64,000 nucleotides of DNA from Asterias rubens (Eukaryota), in contig NC_047065.1 in assembly GCF_902459465.1 (NCBI RefSeq), positions 7,006,001-7,070,000 of the forward strand, written 5' to 3'. Position numbers and translations under genes: made by a program. The notes beneath the pieces are model-generated. The model worked only from the letters and a program-made list of their open reading frames with translations. It was not told where the DNA came from and did not search any database. Positions 61,742 through 64,000 of this stretch are shown here, in pieces (the first letter of the stretch is position 1; each line of letters begins with the position of its first letter).

Positions 61742-62090
61742 AGCAATCGCACATTATCGGTAAACAGTATTGTCCAAAGGCCCACACTTTATGTATCACA
61801 ACTTTTATATAAAAAAACAAACCTGTGAAAATTCGGAGTCGGGAGAAAATAACGGGAAAAACCCCACCCTTGTTTCCGCACGTTTCACCGTGTCATGACA
61901 TGTGTTTAGAATAAATCCGTTATTCTCGATATCGAGAATTGGTAATAGTTTTAGTGCTTTCTCAAAAATTAAATCATTCCATGGAATAATGTTTCAAGGG
62001 AAGTCTTTCACAATTACCTTCTACAAACCCTGTAAGTTGTTTGTAAATCTGTGAAATTTTAATTTTAACAAACACTAATAATCGTACACC
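61742..62090. mobile_element. Family C MITE (inverted relative to 62200-62566)
   Basis: TTAA|AGCAATCGCAC..cggtaaacagtattgtcc; reverse complement of family C. Confidence 0.85.
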
Positions 62091-62199
62091 CTTCGATGAT
62101 TCAAACATGCTTATTACGTCATATTTGTTACATTAGGATATACATTCACAAAATTCGCACGAGCAATTAACTGACACATAATAGGGACACAGACGTTAA

Positions 62200-62566
62200 A
62201 GCCATTGGACCCTTTCGGTACAGAAAAAAACAAAAACAGTTTACAGATTTACAAATAATTTACAGGGTTTACAGAAGGTAATGGTGAAAGACTTCTCTTG
62301 AAATATTAGTCCATGAAATGCTTTACTTTTTGAGAAAACGGTAAAACAATATAAATTCTCGTTAGCGAGAATTACGGATTTATTTTAAACACATGTCATG
62401 ACACAGCGAAACGCGCGGAAACAAGAGTGGGTTTTCCCGTTTTTTTCTCCCGACTCCGATGACCCATTGAGCCTAAATTTTCCCAGGTTTGTTGTTTTAT
62501 ATTTAAGTTGTGATACACGAAGTGTGGGACTTGGACAATACTGTTTACCGAAAGTGTATAATGGCT
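62200..62566. mobile_element. Family C MITE, full length (367 bp)
   Basis: TTAA|AGCCATTGGAC ... GTATAATGGCT|TTAA. Confidence 0.92.
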
Positions 62567-63537
62567 TTAAGTGAACCACCTCAGCCAGACCGGCAGTTAG
62601 TGGTGACTTACAACCGCGTTCTGGACTCAGTAATCCAGTGCCCTAACTATTATCCAAAACATCCTTACGCAACATATAGTAAAGTTGTTCCATAACACTT
62701 CACTAGTATATCACAAAAAGTCAAGTATACAGTATACTGTTCCCGGTAAGTTTTTGCGCAACCGTCTATAAGGTATGGTACCCCGGTTGCACTTTCCTGA
62801 ACGGTGCTTTGATTGGTCTTTTTCGTGCCCTGTATGTATCAGCGACCCCCCTGCCCGGCACACTCCCAGCCGTACAATCTATGGTTTCAGGCGATTACAC
62901 CTGTTTCTAACCCATAGGCCGAATACCCCCAAGCCGAATGCACTTTCACGCAAAATGTTTCGATCAAATTTTGTACTAGTCCGCGATGGTGCTTTCTATC
63001 CCCTACCACGTTTACCCCCAAGAGGTTTGCTCCCAGGTGGGAAGCCCCGGCATGGGCACACACTCAGCACGCAATACTTGCCCGCATAACATCATCATTT
63101 GTTCTCAACACCGTCCTAACACGAACAATTTTACGCCGTCAAGTCCCCGGGGCGAATTTCACTGAAAAGCTCTGAATATTCAAATCAATTTCGACTAGAC
63201 ACATTGCTTGGGTACACGCCTAAATGACAAACTCGCCTTACTACGTTATCAAAATGGTGGTTATACACATGTTTCCCACCAAAACTTTAGGGACTTAAAA
63301 GAAGAATCGTCAGAATCACCCTCGAAAGGCAAAACAATTTCAAATGCACTTTTCCAGCGCGTGGTGAATTATTCAGAAAGCCACCCCGTATTTTGATGCG
63401 CCCTCCAGCGGTGTCGGTAATACGTTCTCACTAGTTCTAGCCGGGGGAGATTTCAACAAGCGCGGTGAGTTCAGTCATGCCGATTGCCAGTTGACCCACT
63501 CTCAGAGCTTCGGAAGGCACTAATATTTGAATTTTAA

Positions 63538-63903
63538 AGGCACTGGGCAATGTTGGTAATTAATCAAAATAATTGTTTGCATAAAAACTTAATAATGAAC
63601 ATGTGGAGAGCTTTTTTTTAGTAAATTAGTGTGAGAAACGGCTCCCTTTGAAGTAACAGAGTTGTCGTGAAAGAGGTAATTTCTCACACAAAATATTAAA
63701 AGACATCAGGTCTGAAGCATTTTTTACCATTCAGAAGCTCACAAATTTGTGCAACAAGGGTTTTCTTTCTCCCATGATTCTCTATCAACTTCAATCAACA
63801 ATTGAGACAAAAAATTCACAAGTTAAAATTATTGTTTGCACAGTGTTGGGATACACCAAGTGAGAATACTAGTCTTTGACAACTATCAAGGGTGTCCGTG
63901 CCT
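63538..63903. mobile_element. Family E MITE
   Basis: TTAA|AGGCACTGGGCA ... GGTGTCCGTGCCT. Confidence 0.82.
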
Positions 63904-64000
63904 TCTAGATTAAGTCTTTTAAACTTCCCGGTCACAATCGACCCAAGTTTTTGTATTACCCAATAATTATATTTATGAAACCATGAGGACCCCAAAACCG

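Noticed and set aside
729-63396. Most ORFs in the six-frame track
   Set aside because: They are short (60-137 aa), have no recognisable domains, and many lie within repeats. Recurrent peptides such as LNLRSRNQIRGKLL or FETSSSKSEVSKS are translations of the family A MITE.

Overview
AT-rich, repeat-dense eukaryotic (metazoan) DNA. A Deu-domain-like SINE and the repeat landscape suggest an invertebrate deuterostome such as an echinoderm; this is an inference. Only one coding exon is well supported: a minus-strand, 272-nt, phase 2 to phase 1 exon (31268-30997) of an anion-type Cys-loop receptor (GABA-A beta/RDL/GlyR-like; ...EILYYLLRPYDKRIRPNLG|G). It carries an unusual ~60-aa Ser/Thr/Glu-rich N-terminal extension. 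No neighbouring exon could be identified, so most of the window is probably intron or flank. The rest contains about 30 TTAA-flanked Kolobok/T2-type MITEs from ~7 families (mostly 364-384 bp), CWG- and TWA-TSD Harbinger-like MITEs, a CACTG/EnSpm-like MITE, three tRNA-derived SINEs, an L2-type LINE scrap and several minisatellites. Most notable observations: (1) minimal, dimer-type hammerhead ribozyme motifs in Penelope-like ends, with stem II covarying between two families; (2) two apparently independent Harbinger-like insertions at the same base of the Kolobok-MITE terminal repeat; (3) conserved internal hairpins in the MITEs, at which several copies break; (4) a mobile minisatellite family at four loci; (5) a 16-copy array of everted AGGTCA half-sites. 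All coordinates and counts were read by eye; no database search was possible.
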